Origin: Actinomycetota bacterium
Lineage (GTDB): Bacteria; Actinomycetota; Actinomycetes; S36-B12; UBA10799
Assembly (NCBI GenBank): GCA_963169225.1
Contig: CAUJDH010000030.1
Span: 8,738 to 72,737 of the forward strand
DNA: 64,000 nucleotides
Reading direction: 5' to 3'
Below the pieces are notes generated by a model. That model was not told where the DNA came from, did no database searches, and saw only the letters and a list, made by a program, of their open reading frames with translations. Below are positions 1 through 9,904 of the stretch, in pieces; within the stretch, counting starts at the first letter, position 1; every line of letters starts with the position of its first letter. Made by a program: the position numbers and the translations under genes.

Positions 1-1
1 G

Positions 2-358
2 GAACGCGCCCTACACGCAGAAGACCCCAAGTTGGCTACTGCGCTCAAGCAGGGTAATCAGACAATCCTCAACGGACGCAAGTTCGCGCTGGGTATTTTG
101 GTGTTGGTCATCGGAATCGGGGCTTTGATCGCGGGAGTTGCCTCCAAACTCATTCCAGTCGGAGTGCTGGGCTTTGTCATCATGCTGGTTGGCGTGCTCG
201 TTATGGGGAGAGCCTTCAAGAAGGATGAGACTGAAGGCAAGGCCAAAGCAGACACTCCTCGCGTAACCAAACAAAAGTCTGCCTCGGCGCCCAGCGAAGG
301 CTTCATGTCGAAGATGGAGGAGCGTTGGCGTCGACGGAATGAGGGAGAGGGTTTCTAA
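2..358 (+). CDS. DUF3040-like small membrane protein, 5' end outside the window
   Basis: The frame is open from base 2 (ERALHAEDPKLATALKQG...). It has two hydrophobic helices (FALGILVLVIGIGALIAGV, VLGFVIMLVGVLVMG) and a C-terminal FMSKMEERWRRRNE tail, the pattern I associate with actinobacterial DUF3040 proteins. Confidence 0.55.
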   Translation, partial: ERALHAEDPKLATALKQGNQTILNGRKFALGILVLVIGIGALIAGVASKLIPVGVLGFVIMLVGVLVMGRAFKKDETEGKAKADTPRVTKQKSASAPSEGFMSKMEERWRRRNEGEGF

Positions 359-410
359 CCCCTCTGACGGATCGCATAAGCTGGTCACTCCATTGACGAA
401 AGGTTATGAA

Positions 411-947
411 GTGACTGTTCACAAAGCTCAGCTTGGCCGATTTTTCGAAGACTTCGAAGTTGGAGACGTTTACCAGCACCCATTCGGTCGGACGATTTCT
501 GAAGCCGATTCAACCTGGTTCACCTTGCTGACCTGCAATACGAACCAGAACCACTTCAATGCTCACCTTGCTGAGTCGAACCCGATTACCGACGGCAAGA
601 TCATTGTCAACTCAGGTCTGACTGTTGCGCTTGTACTCGGTCTCTCAGTGATCGACATGAGCCAGAACGCTGTCGCAAACCTCGGCTGGACTGATATCAA
701 GCTGACGTTCCCGGTTTACATCGGCGACACGATTTACGCAGAGTCGATCTGTACCGATAAGCGTGAGTCGGCCAAGCGTCCGTTCGCCGGAATCGTCTCA
801 ATGGAGACTCGTGGCATCAACCAGAACGGTGACACCATCGTTACGTGGAAGCGTACGGTCATGGTTCCCAAGAAGGATTCGGGAATTGGCCAAGACTACT
901 TCCCTGAGGCTAAGGGTGGACCAATGGAGCTTCCAGCTTCCGAGTAA
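411..947 (+). CDS. MaoC-like hot-dog fold (R)-hydratase/dehydratase
   Basis: Part of ORF 339..947. The likely start is GTG at 411, preceded by GAAAGG. The N-terminus GRFFEDFEVGDVYQHPFGRTISEAD and the hot-dog core are typical of MaoC dehydratases. Confidence 0.75.
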   Translation: MTVHKAQLGRFFEDFEVGDVYQHPFGRTISEADSTWFTLLTCNTNQNHFNAHLAESNPITDGKIIVNSGLTVALVLGLSVIDMSQNAVANLGWTDIKLTFPVYIGDTIYAESICTDKRESAKRPFAGIVSMETRGINQNGDTIVTWKRTVMVPKKDSGIGQDYFPEAKGGPMELPASE

Positions 948-954
948 GTCGTCT

Positions 955-1530
955 ATGCCTGACACTTCAATTACCGCAGTTATCGCGGAGGATGAATCCC
1001 TGATCCGGATGGATCTGACGGAGATCCTTACCGAGCTCGGTTACGAGGTTGTTGGTACTGCCCGTGATGGCGAGGAAGCGGTCCAACTAGTTGGTGAGCT
1101 CAAGCCAGATATCGTGCTCTTAGATGTCAAGATGCCAAAGCTTGACGGTGTTTCAGCGGCTGAGATCATATCCGGTTTTGGAACAACGGCGATCGTTATG
1201 GTGACTGCCTTCAGTCAACCCGATTTGGTGGAGCGAGCAACAGCAGCCGGAATCATGGCGTTTTTAGTGAAGCCTGTTAGCGCGAGCGATATTGGTCCGG
1301 CAGTTAGCGTTGCTTTCAATCGATTTATGGAACTCAAGACCCTCGAGCAAGAAGTTGGGAACGTCACCACAAAGCTTGACGAACGCAAGCTTGTTGACAG
1401 GGCCAAGGGTGTGATCCAAGCCAAGTACGGTCTTGATGAGTCGGGTGCTTTTCGCTGGTTACAAAAAACAGCTATGGACAAACGGATGTCGCTTGCTGAT
1501 GTGGCGCAGCGAGTGATCGACCTCAGTTGA
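955..1530 (+). CDS. pdtaR: Response regulator with ANTAR RNA-binding output domain (PdtaR-like)
   Basis: The ATG at 955 is in frame with ORF 763..1530. Receiver domain: VIAEDESLIRMDL...PDIVLLDVKMPKLDG. ANTAR domain: LDERKLVDRAKGVIQAKYGLDESGAFRWLQKTAMDKRMSLADVAQRVI. Its position near polA matches Mycobacterium. Confidence 0.85.
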   Translation: MPDTSITAVIAEDESLIRMDLTEILTELGYEVVGTARDGEEAVQLVGELKPDIVLLDVKMPKLDGVSAAEIISGFGTTAIVMVTAFSQPDLVERATAAGIMAFLVKPVSASDIGPAVSVAFNRFMELKTLEQEVGNVTTKLDERKLVDRAKGVIQAKYGLDESGAFRWLQKTAMDKRMSLADVAQRVIDLS

Positions 1531-1572
1531 TTGGTTAGCGCTTACCAGATCGTCAGGCCCGCTAAGTTGTGT

Positions 1573-2052
1573 CTAGTTGAAGGTGCGCAAGTAGCAGGTA
1601 AGGCGAGCTGTACAGGTACGGTTACCGTCGTCATCGGTCAACACGATCTCCCAGCAGGTCATAGTTTTACCAAGCGAAATCGGCCGACCGGTCGCGGTCA
1701 CATTTCCGGAGGAAACGGACTTGTGGTGGGCGCAACTGAGTTCGAGGCCGACGGGCAGAGTGCCAAATTGGCTTGAGTGAATAGCTGAACCTATTGATCC
1801 GATTGTCTCGGCAATAACTCCCGAAGCTCCGCCGTGGAGGATTCCGTAGGGTTGAGTGTTCCCTTCAACCGGCATTTGTGCGACAAGTTTTTCACGGTCG
1901 GCTGCAACGAAGTGGATACCCATGGATTCGTTCAAGGAGCCCAGTTGGGAGTTCAGCTGTTCCAGAATGTCGGCGGGGAGTTCGGGCAATAACGGCTGTG
2001 GGGCGGGGGCTGGGTAAGAGTTCGTCGAGTGAGAAGCAGATTGAGAAGCCAT
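1573..2052 (-). CDS. PaaI/hot-dog fold acyl-CoA thioesterase
   Basis: 159 aa carrying the PaaI-type motif NTQPYGILHGGASGVIAETIGS. Confidence 0.7.
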   Translation of the reverse strand: MASQSASHSTNSYPAPAPQPLLPELPADILEQLNSQLGSLNESMGIHFVAADREKLVAQMPVEGNTQPYGILHGGASGVIAETIGSIGSAIHSSQFGTLPVGLELSCAHHKSVSSGNVTATGRPISLGKTMTCWEIVLTDDDGNRTCTARLTCYLRTFN

Positions 2053-2284
2053 AGCTAAAGCCTAGAGGACAAGGATTTCTGGATCTTGCAGTAGCACTTC
2101 GATAGGTGAGATGCGCGTTTTAGGGCCGAACGTGATCTATCTACCATCTTGATATTTTTCTTATAAGCTGCCGGCTCCTTTGGCTAATGTTCCGAGTTGA
2201 AAGTGCCGAAGAACCTTAAATACGCGCCGATCTTGTGATGGGGAAGATCACTGATCGCCAGGCGCCTATGGAAGGTAGGGGAAA

Positions 2285-3184
2285 GTGAATAGCTCAGCAA
2301 CATTTAAAAAGATTTCTGTGCCCGCAACTTCGGCTGCTCTTGTGGCAGGAGTAGCCATGAGCACCTTGTGCGTGGCTCCAGCTTCTGCATCCACAGTCGC
2401 TGCGCCTGCCGTGGCGACGAAGGTCGCGGTCGCAGCTAAGGCGAAGCCAGCCTTCCAGAGTGCTCACGCCCGCATTGGCATTCAAAATTCAGCATCTGTC
2501 CGCAATCTTCAGCGCGCCCTTGTTAAGAAGCGCTTTGCCACTAAGAGTCTCCGACGGGCTGGTGCGACAGGAAACTATCTCAAAGCAACCCGTCAGTCGG
2601 TTGCGAAGGTTCAACGCAAGATGGGCTTCAAGGGTAGGGCTGCAGATGGCGTCGTTGGTTCGACAAGTGCCAAGAGACTAGGACTTCGTTGGGTTGTCAC
2701 CAAGACTGCTGTCAAGAAAGCTCCGACCACGACTTCGTCACCCACGGCTTATACCCCGCCAGCAGGCCTCAAAGTGGCTACCTACCCAGGCGGCAAGACC
2801 AAGCTGTCGGGTGCGAGCCTCAAGAGCGTGATCAGGAGTGCCGGATTCACAGGTTCCACTGTTTGCACGGCATGGGGTATTGCAATGCGTGAATCCGGTG
2901 GCTATCCAGGGATTATGGGTCCGATGAACTCGAATAAGACCTATGATCACGGCCTGTTCCAGATCAACGATGTGCATCGGGCGAACATCTCGTTCGCTAG
3001 CATTTACAACGCGACGTACAACGCCAAGTATGCCTATACCCTCTCGAACCGTGGCACGAACTTCAGCCATTGGGGAATCGGCAACCAAGGCTGGGCGGCC
3101 GAACTAAAGAAGCAGAACAAGAGCTACTGGCAGATGCTGCAAGACATTGCGGCGAATTACACCAAGCAGTGCAACGCTCTGTAG
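2285..3184 (+). CDS. Secreted peptidoglycan-binding protein with C-terminal lysozyme-like/SLT transglycosylase domain
   Basis: Signal peptide ends ...LCVAPASAS. PG_binding_1-like segment: VRNLQRALVKK...GNYLKATRQSVAKVQRKMGF...DGVVGSTSAKRLGL. C-terminal AMRESGGYPG...DHGLFQIND resembles the E-S...GLxQI lytic transglycosylase signature. Confidence 0.7.
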   Translation: MNSSATFKKISVPATSAALVAGVAMSTLCVAPASASTVAAPAVATKVAVAAKAKPAFQSAHARIGIQNSASVRNLQRALVKKRFATKSLRRAGATGNYLKATRQSVAKVQRKMGFKGRAADGVVGSTSAKRLGLRWVVTKTAVKKAPTTTSSPTAYTPPAGLKVATYPGGKTKLSGASLKSVIRSAGFTGSTVCTAWGIAMRESGGYPGIMGPMNSNKTYDHGLFQINDVHRANISFASIYNATYNAKYAYTLSNRGTNFSHWGIGNQGWAAELKKQNKSYWQMLQDIAANYTKQCNAL

Positions 3185-3233
3185 TTCAGCCAGGTTGAGT
3201 CATCGCCAAGGAGTTCTGCTCTAGGATCGAACA

Positions 3234-5948
3234 ATGAGCACCGAAACTGATTCGAGGCCTCGGCTACTTCTCATTGATGGTCATTCTTTGGCATATAGGG
3301 CCTTCTATGCGCTGCCGGTCGAGAACTTCTCTACCTCAACCGGGCAGCCAACGAACGCCGTCTATGGCTTCACCTCGATGATGATTAACGCACTGCGAGA
3401 CGAGAAGCCGACGCACCTGTGCGTGGCTTTCGACGTGTCCCGTAAGACGTTCCGTACTGAACTGTTCCCGGATTACAAGGCCAATAGAGCCAAGTCGCCG
3501 GACGAGTTCAAGGGGCAGGTGGAACTGATTCGCGATGTTTTGACCGCCATGAACGTCGTCAATGTCTCGGTCGAGAATTACGAAGCCGACGACATCATCG
3601 CCACGCTGACCAAAGAAGCGGAATCGGATGGGCTTGAGGTCATGATTTTGACCGGCGACCGCGATTCTTTCCAGCTGGTCGATGATCAGACCACAGTTTT
3701 GTACCCACGTAAGGGAACTTCGGATATCGCTCGTATGGGCCCTGAGGCGATCAAAGAGAAATACGGTCTGAGTCCAAATCAGTATCCAGATTTTGCGGCA
3801 CTTCGTGGCGATCCTTCGGACAACTTGCCGGGCATCCCCGGTGTGGGCGAGAAGACTGCCACCAAATGGATCAACCAGTTTGGTGATCTCGACGGATTGT
3901 TGTCTAACGCAGGCGAAGTCAAAGGAAAAGTGGGCGAGGCTCTGCGAGACCACTTAGACCAAGTGAAGTCGAATCGGCAACTGACTGAGTTAGTGACCTC
4001 GGTTCCATTAGAGGTTGGGGTCGGTGACTTGACAGTTGAGCCAATTGACCGCGAGAGGGTGGAAGAGGTCTTTGACTCGCTTCAATTTAGGGTTCTGCGC
4101 GACCGGCTATTCAAGGAACTAGGGATCGAGGCAGGTTCAGATTCGTCGTCAACGGAAGGGTCCAGTGCAGATCTGGAAGTGCCCGAAGACCAACTCACTA
4201 TTGCTGGCGAAGGCACGACGGTCAAACAGTGGCTTGCGACCCATGCGACGAAGGGAACGCGTCTCGCTATTGCGGTTGAGGGGACTTGGGGCTCAGGGAC
4301 TGGAGAGATCTGGTCTCTTGCCTTGTATGCACCAAGCGGGGCGCTCTGGTTGAAACCAGAACACCTTAAGTCGGACGATCTAAAGGCTTTCTTGACATGG
4401 CTTGGTGATGAACGATCCAAAAAGGCGATGCATGCGGCCAAAGGCCCGATGCTTGCGTTCCTTACCGAGGGTTGGGTGTTGAAGGGGCTTGATCAAGACA
4501 TCGAACTTAGCGCCTATTTGGTTCTAGCCGGTCAACGCAGCTTCAAACTAGGAGACCTTGCCGAACGTTATTTGGGAGCCACACTCGAGATTTCCCAACA
4601 GAAAGAGCAGTCGCTGTTCGACGACGAGGAGTCGTCTGAGACTGCAGCGGCCTTGGCTAAACAAGCTAAAGCGATTTGGGAACTTGGCGAAGTTCTCGAC
4701 AAGCAAGTGGAGGAGAAGGGCGGTGCCAAGCTTCTACATGAGCTAGAACTGCCGGTGCAAAGGGTCTTGGCAGATATGGAACACGCTGGTATCGCTGTAG
4801 ATAAGGACTTATTGACGACAACTTTGGCCAGCTATGAACTTCGGATTGCCGAAACCGAACAAGAAGCAGTCGAACTCGTTGGTCATGGTTTCAATCTGGG
4901 TTCACCTAAACAATTGCAAGAGATCCTCTTCACGGAACGTGGCTTACCAACAACTAAGAAGATCAAGAGCGGATTCACCACAGATGCTGAAGCGCTTGCT
5001 TGGCTGGCAGACGTAAGCAACGACCCATTACCTGAGGTGATTTTGAAGTGGCGCGATGTCACCAAACTCAAACAGACTGTCGCGGGACTTCTGCCACTGA
5101 TTGCTGGCGATGGTCGCGTCCACACGACGTTCCAGCAGACTGTTGCCGCGACTGGACGACTCTCAAGTGCAGACCCGAACCTGCAGAACATTCCGATTCG
5201 CACAGAGGATGGCCGCAAGATTCGCTCGGCATTCGTTGTCGGCGAGGACTACTCGGAACTGCTGACGGCAGACTACGCGCAAATTGAGCTTCGCCTGATG
5301 GCGGAGCTGTCTCAGGATGAGGCTTTGATCGAGGCGTTCCGCAGCGGCGAAGATTTGCATACAACGATGGCCTCCGCGGTATTCGGAGTGGAAGCTGGCG
5401 AAGTCGATGCTGAACACCGTCGCAAAATCAAGGCAATGTCGTATGGGCTTGCCTACGGGCTTTCAAACTTCGGGTTGTCGCAGCAGCTAGGCGTCTCGGC
5501 TAAAGAGGCGTCGAGCCTAATGGATTCCTACTTTGGTCGATTCGGAAGAATCCGAGACTATTTGGATGACGTGGTGGCCCAGGCTAGAGACCGCGGCTAT
5601 ACCGAGACCATGTGGGGTCGCCGCCGGTACTTGCCTGATCTCAATAGTGACAACCGTCAGCGTCGCGAAATAGCCGAGCGGATGGCCTTGAATGCACCAA
5701 TTCAGGGTTCAGCGGCTGATTTGGTGAAGGTAGCGATGCTCAACGTTGAGAAATTGTTGTCGGACAACAACCTCAAATCACGATTGCTGTTACAGGTTCA
5801 CGACGAATTGGTTCTTGAGGTTGGTCCAGGGGAGCTAGATCAGGTACGTGAACTCACCATTGAAGGTATGACAAATGTGATTGAACTCAACGTTCCACTT
5901 GAAGTCTCAGTGGGGGTTGGATCCAATTGGCAAGAGGCAGGCCACTAA
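3234..5948 (+). CDS. polA: DNA polymerase I
   Basis: 904 aa. 5'-nuclease N-terminus LLLIDGHSLAYRAFYAL. Polymerase motifs DYAQIELRLMAE and LLLQVHDELVLEV. Confidence 0.97.
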   Translation: MSTETDSRPRLLLIDGHSLAYRAFYALPVENFSTSTGQPTNAVYGFTSMMINALRDEKPTHLCVAFDVSRKTFRTELFPDYKANRAKSPDEFKGQVELIRDVLTAMNVVNVSVENYEADDIIATLTKEAESDGLEVMILTGDRDSFQLVDDQTTVLYPRKGTSDIARMGPEAIKEKYGLSPNQYPDFAALRGDPSDNLPGIPGVGEKTATKWINQFGDLDGLLSNAGEVKGKVGEALRDHLDQVKSNRQLTELVTSVPLEVGVGDLTVEPIDRERVEEVFDSLQFRVLRDRLFKELGIEAGSDSSSTEGSSADLEVPEDQLTIAGEGTTVKQWLATHATKGTRLAIAVEGTWGSGTGEIWSLALYAPSGALWLKPEHLKSDDLKAFLTWLGDERSKKAMHAAKGPMLAFLTEGWVLKGLDQDIELSAYLVLAGQRSFKLGDLAERYLGATLEISQQKEQSLFDDEESSETAAALAKQAKAIWELGEVLDKQVEEKGGAKLLHELELPVQRVLADMEHAGIAVDKDLLTTTLASYELRIAETEQEAVELVGHGFNLGSPKQLQEILFTERGLPTTKKIKSGFTTDAEALAWLADVSNDPLPEVILKWRDVTKLKQTVAGLLPLIAGDGRVHTTFQQTVAATGRLSSADPNLQNIPIRTEDGRKIRSAFVVGEDYSELLTADYAQIELRLMAELSQDEALIEAFRSGEDLHTTMASAVFGVEAGEVDAEHRRKIKAMSYGLAYGLSNFGLSQQLGVSAKEASSLMDSYFGRFGRIRDYLDDVVAQARDRGYTETMWGRRRYLPDLNSDNRQRREIAERMALNAPIQGSAADLVKVAMLNVEKLLSDNNLKSRLLLQVHDELVLEVGPGELDQVRELTIEGMTNVIELNVPLEVSVGVGSNWQEAGH

Positions 5949-5956
5949 AGCTCCGC

Positions 5957-6673
5957 TCAGTCAGCGATCACCTTAACGGTGTTTTTGCGCTTCTTGAGCA
6001 ATGCCTCGGAGATCGCGATCGCTAAGTCTTGTGGGCTTGTTGGCTTTTGCATCAAGCCGACACGAGATGCCCGAGCTCGAATCACTCGGACCCCGTGACT
6101 CTTGGCTGTCTCTCCCAGGGACTGGGCATAAGAATCGATTCCGACAGTGCTGGCAGCCTCGGCTATCGGATGATCATCTAGCGTTTCAGCATCGGTGAGT
6201 GCTACCAAGTGTCCGGAACCTTGGGATGCCATGCAGTTGGCTAGCTGACGCAACATGACCAGGCCTTCGGTGAAGGTTTGAGTGGCCTTGGCGATGCTCA
6301 GACTGTCGAATGGTGCCTCTCGGCTTCCGAGTCTTGGAGCTGCGTATTGCGAAGTTGTAGTCGTGATTGCCAGATCGATATCGCCAACTGCGAAGGCCTC
6401 GCTGATTTGTTGTTCAAGTTCCGCAACGTTTCCAGGTTGATATTTGCGAACTTCCAGGTTGGTTGCGCCTTGTCCACGCGCGTGAGCTACCACGGCATCA
6501 AGGTCTTGTAGCTGCGCCCCTGGGTGAGCGGCAGGGTTGGTTTCGTCGACTGCTGTGATCAATACGACCCGAGATGTGCTGGCTCGGATGAACTTTGAGA
6601 TTAATACCGGAGTCAGGTTGAGCTGCGTGCCAATAATGATCAAGCTGCGCGCGTTGCCCATGGAATCAATCAC
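5957..6673 (-). CDS. SDR-like protein in DprE2 position, with degenerate cofactor and catalytic motifs
   Basis: 238 aa, translationally coupled (4-nt overlap) to the upstream FAD oxidase. It has overall SDR-like beta-alpha periodicity (SLIIIG..., DIDLAITTT, HLVALTD, GVRVIRA) but no TGxxxGxG and no YxxxK anywhere in the protein. Confidence 0.45.
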   Translation of the reverse strand: MIDSMGNARSLIIIGTQLNLTPVLISKFIRASTSRVVLITAVDETNPAAHPGAQLQDLDAVVAHARGQGATNLEVRKYQPGNVAELEQQISEAFAVGDIDLAITTTTSQYAAPRLGSREAPFDSLSIAKATQTFTEGLVMLRQLANCMASQGSGHLVALTDAETLDDHPIAEAASTVGIDSYAQSLGETAKSHGVRVIRARASRVGLMQKPTSPQDLAIAISEALLKKRKNTVKVIAD

Positions 6674-8172
6674 AGTGCAAGTCTCCTGGACAGGTCCGAA
6701 GCGAGTCGCTGGTGAGTGTCAATCTGGGCTTTGAATTCGCGCCATTGGGTAATTTTCTCGAACATCTCGGAGACCAAAGCGGCATCTAGTCTGGAATCTG
6801 AGTCGAGCGCGACTTGTCCACCAAGGGCGACGAGCTCTTGGTCGCATTCATTGAGTACATCGGTCAGCGCCAACGTCGGGTTTGCCACGTCGATCGTGAC
6901 GGACAAGCACGGGCGGCTGTGTCCGAGCATTGTTGGGCTGAAGCTGTTGGTCTGGTTGATTGACACACGACCGAAAGTAGAGCCTGTTTCGCGGATCGCG
7001 TCTAGAACACTTGCAATGTGAGGGCCAGAGGCCTGCGGAATCGAGAAGGCGTAGCGAACCATTCCTAGCGGTCCGACAAGCGAAGGATACTTACCGGTCA
7101 CATCGTCTAGGTGGAAGAACTCAGCGATCGGCTGCAAATCAACGATTGGGGTCGTGGGCCAGGTGTAATAACGCAATTTATGGACTCGGTGGGCAATTCG
7201 TGGATCCAACAGTCGCGACGATACAGATTTGGGGGGAGAGGGAATTCGCTCGTCGTACTTGAGAGCTTCGGCTTGGCGATTGTCGGGAAGATCCTCAATC
7301 TCCGCATGACGAGCCGAACGGACGAGGCCGCGTCCAGTTTTGAGGCCGGTTGCTGAAGGGTCGATTAGGGCAGTTGCGTATGGCGAGGTCGTGCTTGCCA
7401 TCTCAAGTAGCTGCAAGGTCTCGGCGAGACTGGTGCTGCGGACTGACTCGACTACCATCCAGCTGGTCGTCACCGGTTCAATGGCGACTTCGGCGCTCAG
7501 GCCAACACCAACGAGTCCTAGGCCGCCAATGAAGGCGCTAAATCCTGAACCGGAATCGATATCGATAGGGCCATCTTGCGTTCCCACGCTCGGTTGAGAT
7601 TTATGTCTGTCTCGCTCCCATGTCACCACCTCGCCATTTGAGGTCATGGCGACGAGTGACTGCACGGAGCTATGGGCGTGGCCGTCTACTGTGCCACCGG
7701 GCCCGAGAGCATTGGTCGAAAGGGCGCTAGCAAACGTGGATTGGGACGTTGTCGACCCGGTAGGGATGAACCAACCACGGACCAGAAGTTCTTCATTGAT
7801 CTGGGCGATTGTTGCCCCCAGGCGAACAGTTGCGCGTTGGGTTTCCCAGTTCAAGCCGGTAACTGCCGGGTTTGCCAGCGAACGCTTCAAGGTGACCACC
7901 GAGCCACCACCGCAACGAGCCGCGTCGCCAAGCGAGTGGCCATGACCACGAGGGATAAGGCCGCGGCCAGTGCTGGAGGTCACGACCTCACGGAGCTGAT
8001 CCAAGTCACGTGCCTTGTAGACCTTGGCGGCAGTTCCGCTGGGTTGACCCCAAGATCGCAGGACGCGTACACCGTCGCGGAGGTCAACTATCTTGTTTGT
8101 AGGCGTCGCAGCTGAGCCGGTTGTTGCCTCTGTAGGCGCGTCTATTGGTGTGTTCGTGTCTAGATTCCCCAT
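6670..8172 (-). CDS. FAD-binding (FAD_binding_4/PCMH-type) oxidoreductase, DprE1-like
   Basis: 500 aa. The N-terminal FAD-binding segment ARDLDQLREVV...GRGLIPRGHGHSLGDAA resembles the DprE1 ARGLGRSYGD region. It is followed by an SDR-like gene, as in dprE1-dprE2. Confidence 0.6.
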   Translation of the reverse strand: MGNLDTNTPIDAPTEATTGSAATPTNKIVDLRDGVRVLRSWGQPSGTAAKVYKARDLDQLREVVTSSTGRGLIPRGHGHSLGDAARCGGGSVVTLKRSLANPAVTGLNWETQRATVRLGATIAQINEELLVRGWFIPTGSTTSQSTFASALSTNALGPGGTVDGHAHSSVQSLVAMTSNGEVVTWERDRHKSQPSVGTQDGPIDIDSGSGFSAFIGGLGLVGVGLSAEVAIEPVTTSWMVVESVRSTSLAETLQLLEMASTTSPYATALIDPSATGLKTGRGLVRSARHAEIEDLPDNRQAEALKYDERIPSPPKSVSSRLLDPRIAHRVHKLRYYTWPTTPIVDLQPIAEFFHLDDVTGKYPSLVGPLGMVRYAFSIPQASGPHIASVLDAIRETGSTFGRVSINQTNSFSPTMLGHSRPCLSVTIDVANPTLALTDVLNECDQELVALGGQVALDSDSRLDAALVSEMFEKITQWREFKAQIDTHQRLASDLSRRLAL

Positions 8173-8423
8173 GAATCAAACAGTACGTGCCAAAACGACC
8201 CCTCAACGGTCAATTTGCCCGTGTTTCGCAGGCGATCGCGGCCATTGTTGGCCGCAGGTATCAAGGGGTGCCGGATCCGAGGGATCCCAGGACGCCAAGC
8301 ACCATGCATTTCTTCGGGTGCCTGCCCATTGGCACTAGGTAGGTACTCGGGTATCGTTGAATAATCAGCACAACCGTGCCGTGTCCAATCACACCTATAT
8401 GCCCATCCGGAGCAACTTTCTCC

Positions 8424-9902
8424 ATGACTGCAACTGAAACAATTTCTTCCTCTTCTTCGACGCCCTTCGAAATCACTGTCAATGACATTGGCGATAACGA
8501 CGCAATTCTTGCGGCGATCGATTCAACTATCAAAACTTTTGACGACGGCGACATCGTCGAGGGAACTGTGGTCAAGGTTGACCATGACGAAGTCCTACTC
8601 GACATTGGTTACAAGACCGAGGGTGTTATCCCTAGCCGCGAGCTCAGTATTAAGCACGACATCGACCCAAGTGAAGTAGTCGGCGTTGGTGACAGTGTTG
8701 AAGCATTGGTCCTCCAGAAGGAAGACAAAGACGGACGTCTGATCCTCTCCAAGAAGCGCGCACAGTACGAGCGCGCCTGGGGTGACATCGAGAAGATCAA
8801 GAACGAAGGCGGTGTCGTCAAGGGTTCGGTTATTGAGGTCGTCAAGGGCGGCCTGATCATGGACATCGGCTTGCGCGGATTCCTCCCAGCTTCGTTGGTA
8901 GAGATGCGTCGAGTGCGCGACCTCCAGCCGTACATTGGTCAAGAGATCGAAGCCAAGATCATCGAACTCGACAAGAACCGCAACAATGTTGTGCTCTCGC
9001 GTCGCGCCTGGCTTGAAGAGACGCAAAGCCAAGTTCGCTCGAACTTCCTCAACGATCTTCAGCAAGGTCAAGTTCGCAGTGGTGTTGTCAGCTCGATCGT
9101 CAACTTCGGTGCATTCGTTGATCTGGGCGGCGTCGACGGTCTCGTCCACGTGTCCGAGCTTTCGTGGAAGCACATCGACCACCCATCCGAGGTTGTCGAG
9201 GTTGGCGACGAAGTCACCGTCGAGGTGCTCGAAGTCGACATGGACCGCGAGCGCGTATCGCTGTCGCTCAAGGCCACCAAGGAAGATCCGTGGCAACACT
9301 TTGCTCGTACTCACGCCATGGGACAGGTTGTTCCAGGTCGCGTGACCAAGCTGGTTCCGTTCGGTGCGTTCGTTCGCGTCGAAGACGGTATCGAGGGTCT
9401 GGTTCACATCTCCGAGCTGGCCGAGCGTCACGTCGAGCAGCCTGAACAGGTTGTGACCGTTGACCAAGAGATCTTCGTCAAGGTTATTGATATCGACCTT
9501 GAGCGTCGCCGCATCTCGCTGTCGCTCAAGCAGGCCAACGATTCGACTGATGATGCTGTTGACGAGTTTGATCCGTACTTGTATGGAATGCCAGCCTCCT
9601 ACGATGAGGCCGGCGAGTACATCGGACCTGAGGGCTTCGATCCCAACACTGGTGAGTGGAAGGAAGGCTTCGAGGATCAGCGCGAAGAGTGGGAGCGTCA
9701 GTACAACGAGGCTTACGCTCGCTGGGAGCAGCACAAGAGCCAGATCGGTGAGGCCAAGAAGGCCGATGCTGAGGCAGCCGACGAGGCTGGTGAAGCCCCG
9801 TCGAACTACAGCTCCGAAGACGATGCGAACGCTGGTGCCCTCGGCGAAGATGCCAACGAGGCACTCGCGGCACTTCGCGATCAACTGAGCGAGGACGACT
9901 AA
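8424..9902 (+). CDS. rpsA: 30S ribosomal protein S1
   Basis: The ATG at 8424 is in frame with ORF 8376..9902. Four S1 repeats are visible (GDIVEGTVVKVD..., GSVIEVVKGGLIMDIG, GVVSSIVNFGAFVDLGG, GRVTKLVPFGAFVRV), followed by an acidic C-terminus. Confidence 0.95.
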   Translation: MTATETISSSSSTPFEITVNDIGDNDAILAAIDSTIKTFDDGDIVEGTVVKVDHDEVLLDIGYKTEGVIPSRELSIKHDIDPSEVVGVGDSVEALVLQKEDKDGRLILSKKRAQYERAWGDIEKIKNEGGVVKGSVIEVVKGGLIMDIGLRGFLPASLVEMRRVRDLQPYIGQEIEAKIIELDKNRNNVVLSRRAWLEETQSQVRSNFLNDLQQGQVRSGVVSSIVNFGAFVDLGGVDGLVHVSELSWKHIDHPSEVVEVGDEVTVEVLEVDMDRERVSLSLKATKEDPWQHFARTHAMGQVVPGRVTKLVPFGAFVRVEDGIEGLVHISELAERHVEQPEQVVTVDQEIFVKVIDIDLERRRISLSLKQANDSTDDAVDEFDPYLYGMPASYDEAGEYIGPEGFDPNTGEWKEGFEDQREEWERQYNEAYARWEQHKSQIGEAKKADAEAADEAGEAPSNYSSEDDANAGALGEDANEALAALRDQLSEDD

Positions 9903-9904
9903 CC

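Noticed and set aside
2053-2284. A possible ydaO-type c-di-AMP riboswitch upstream of the secreted PG-binding/SLT gene. Such riboswitches precede cell-wall hydrolase genes in Actinobacteria.
   Set aside because: There is some long-range complementarity (GCGCGT... at 2113 with ...ACGCGC at 2221) and there are CCGAA motifs. The signature blocks I remember (GGGGACCCA, GGGGUGAAUC, CAGCUAACCUCGUAAGCG) are absent. A cmsearch with RF00379 would settle it.
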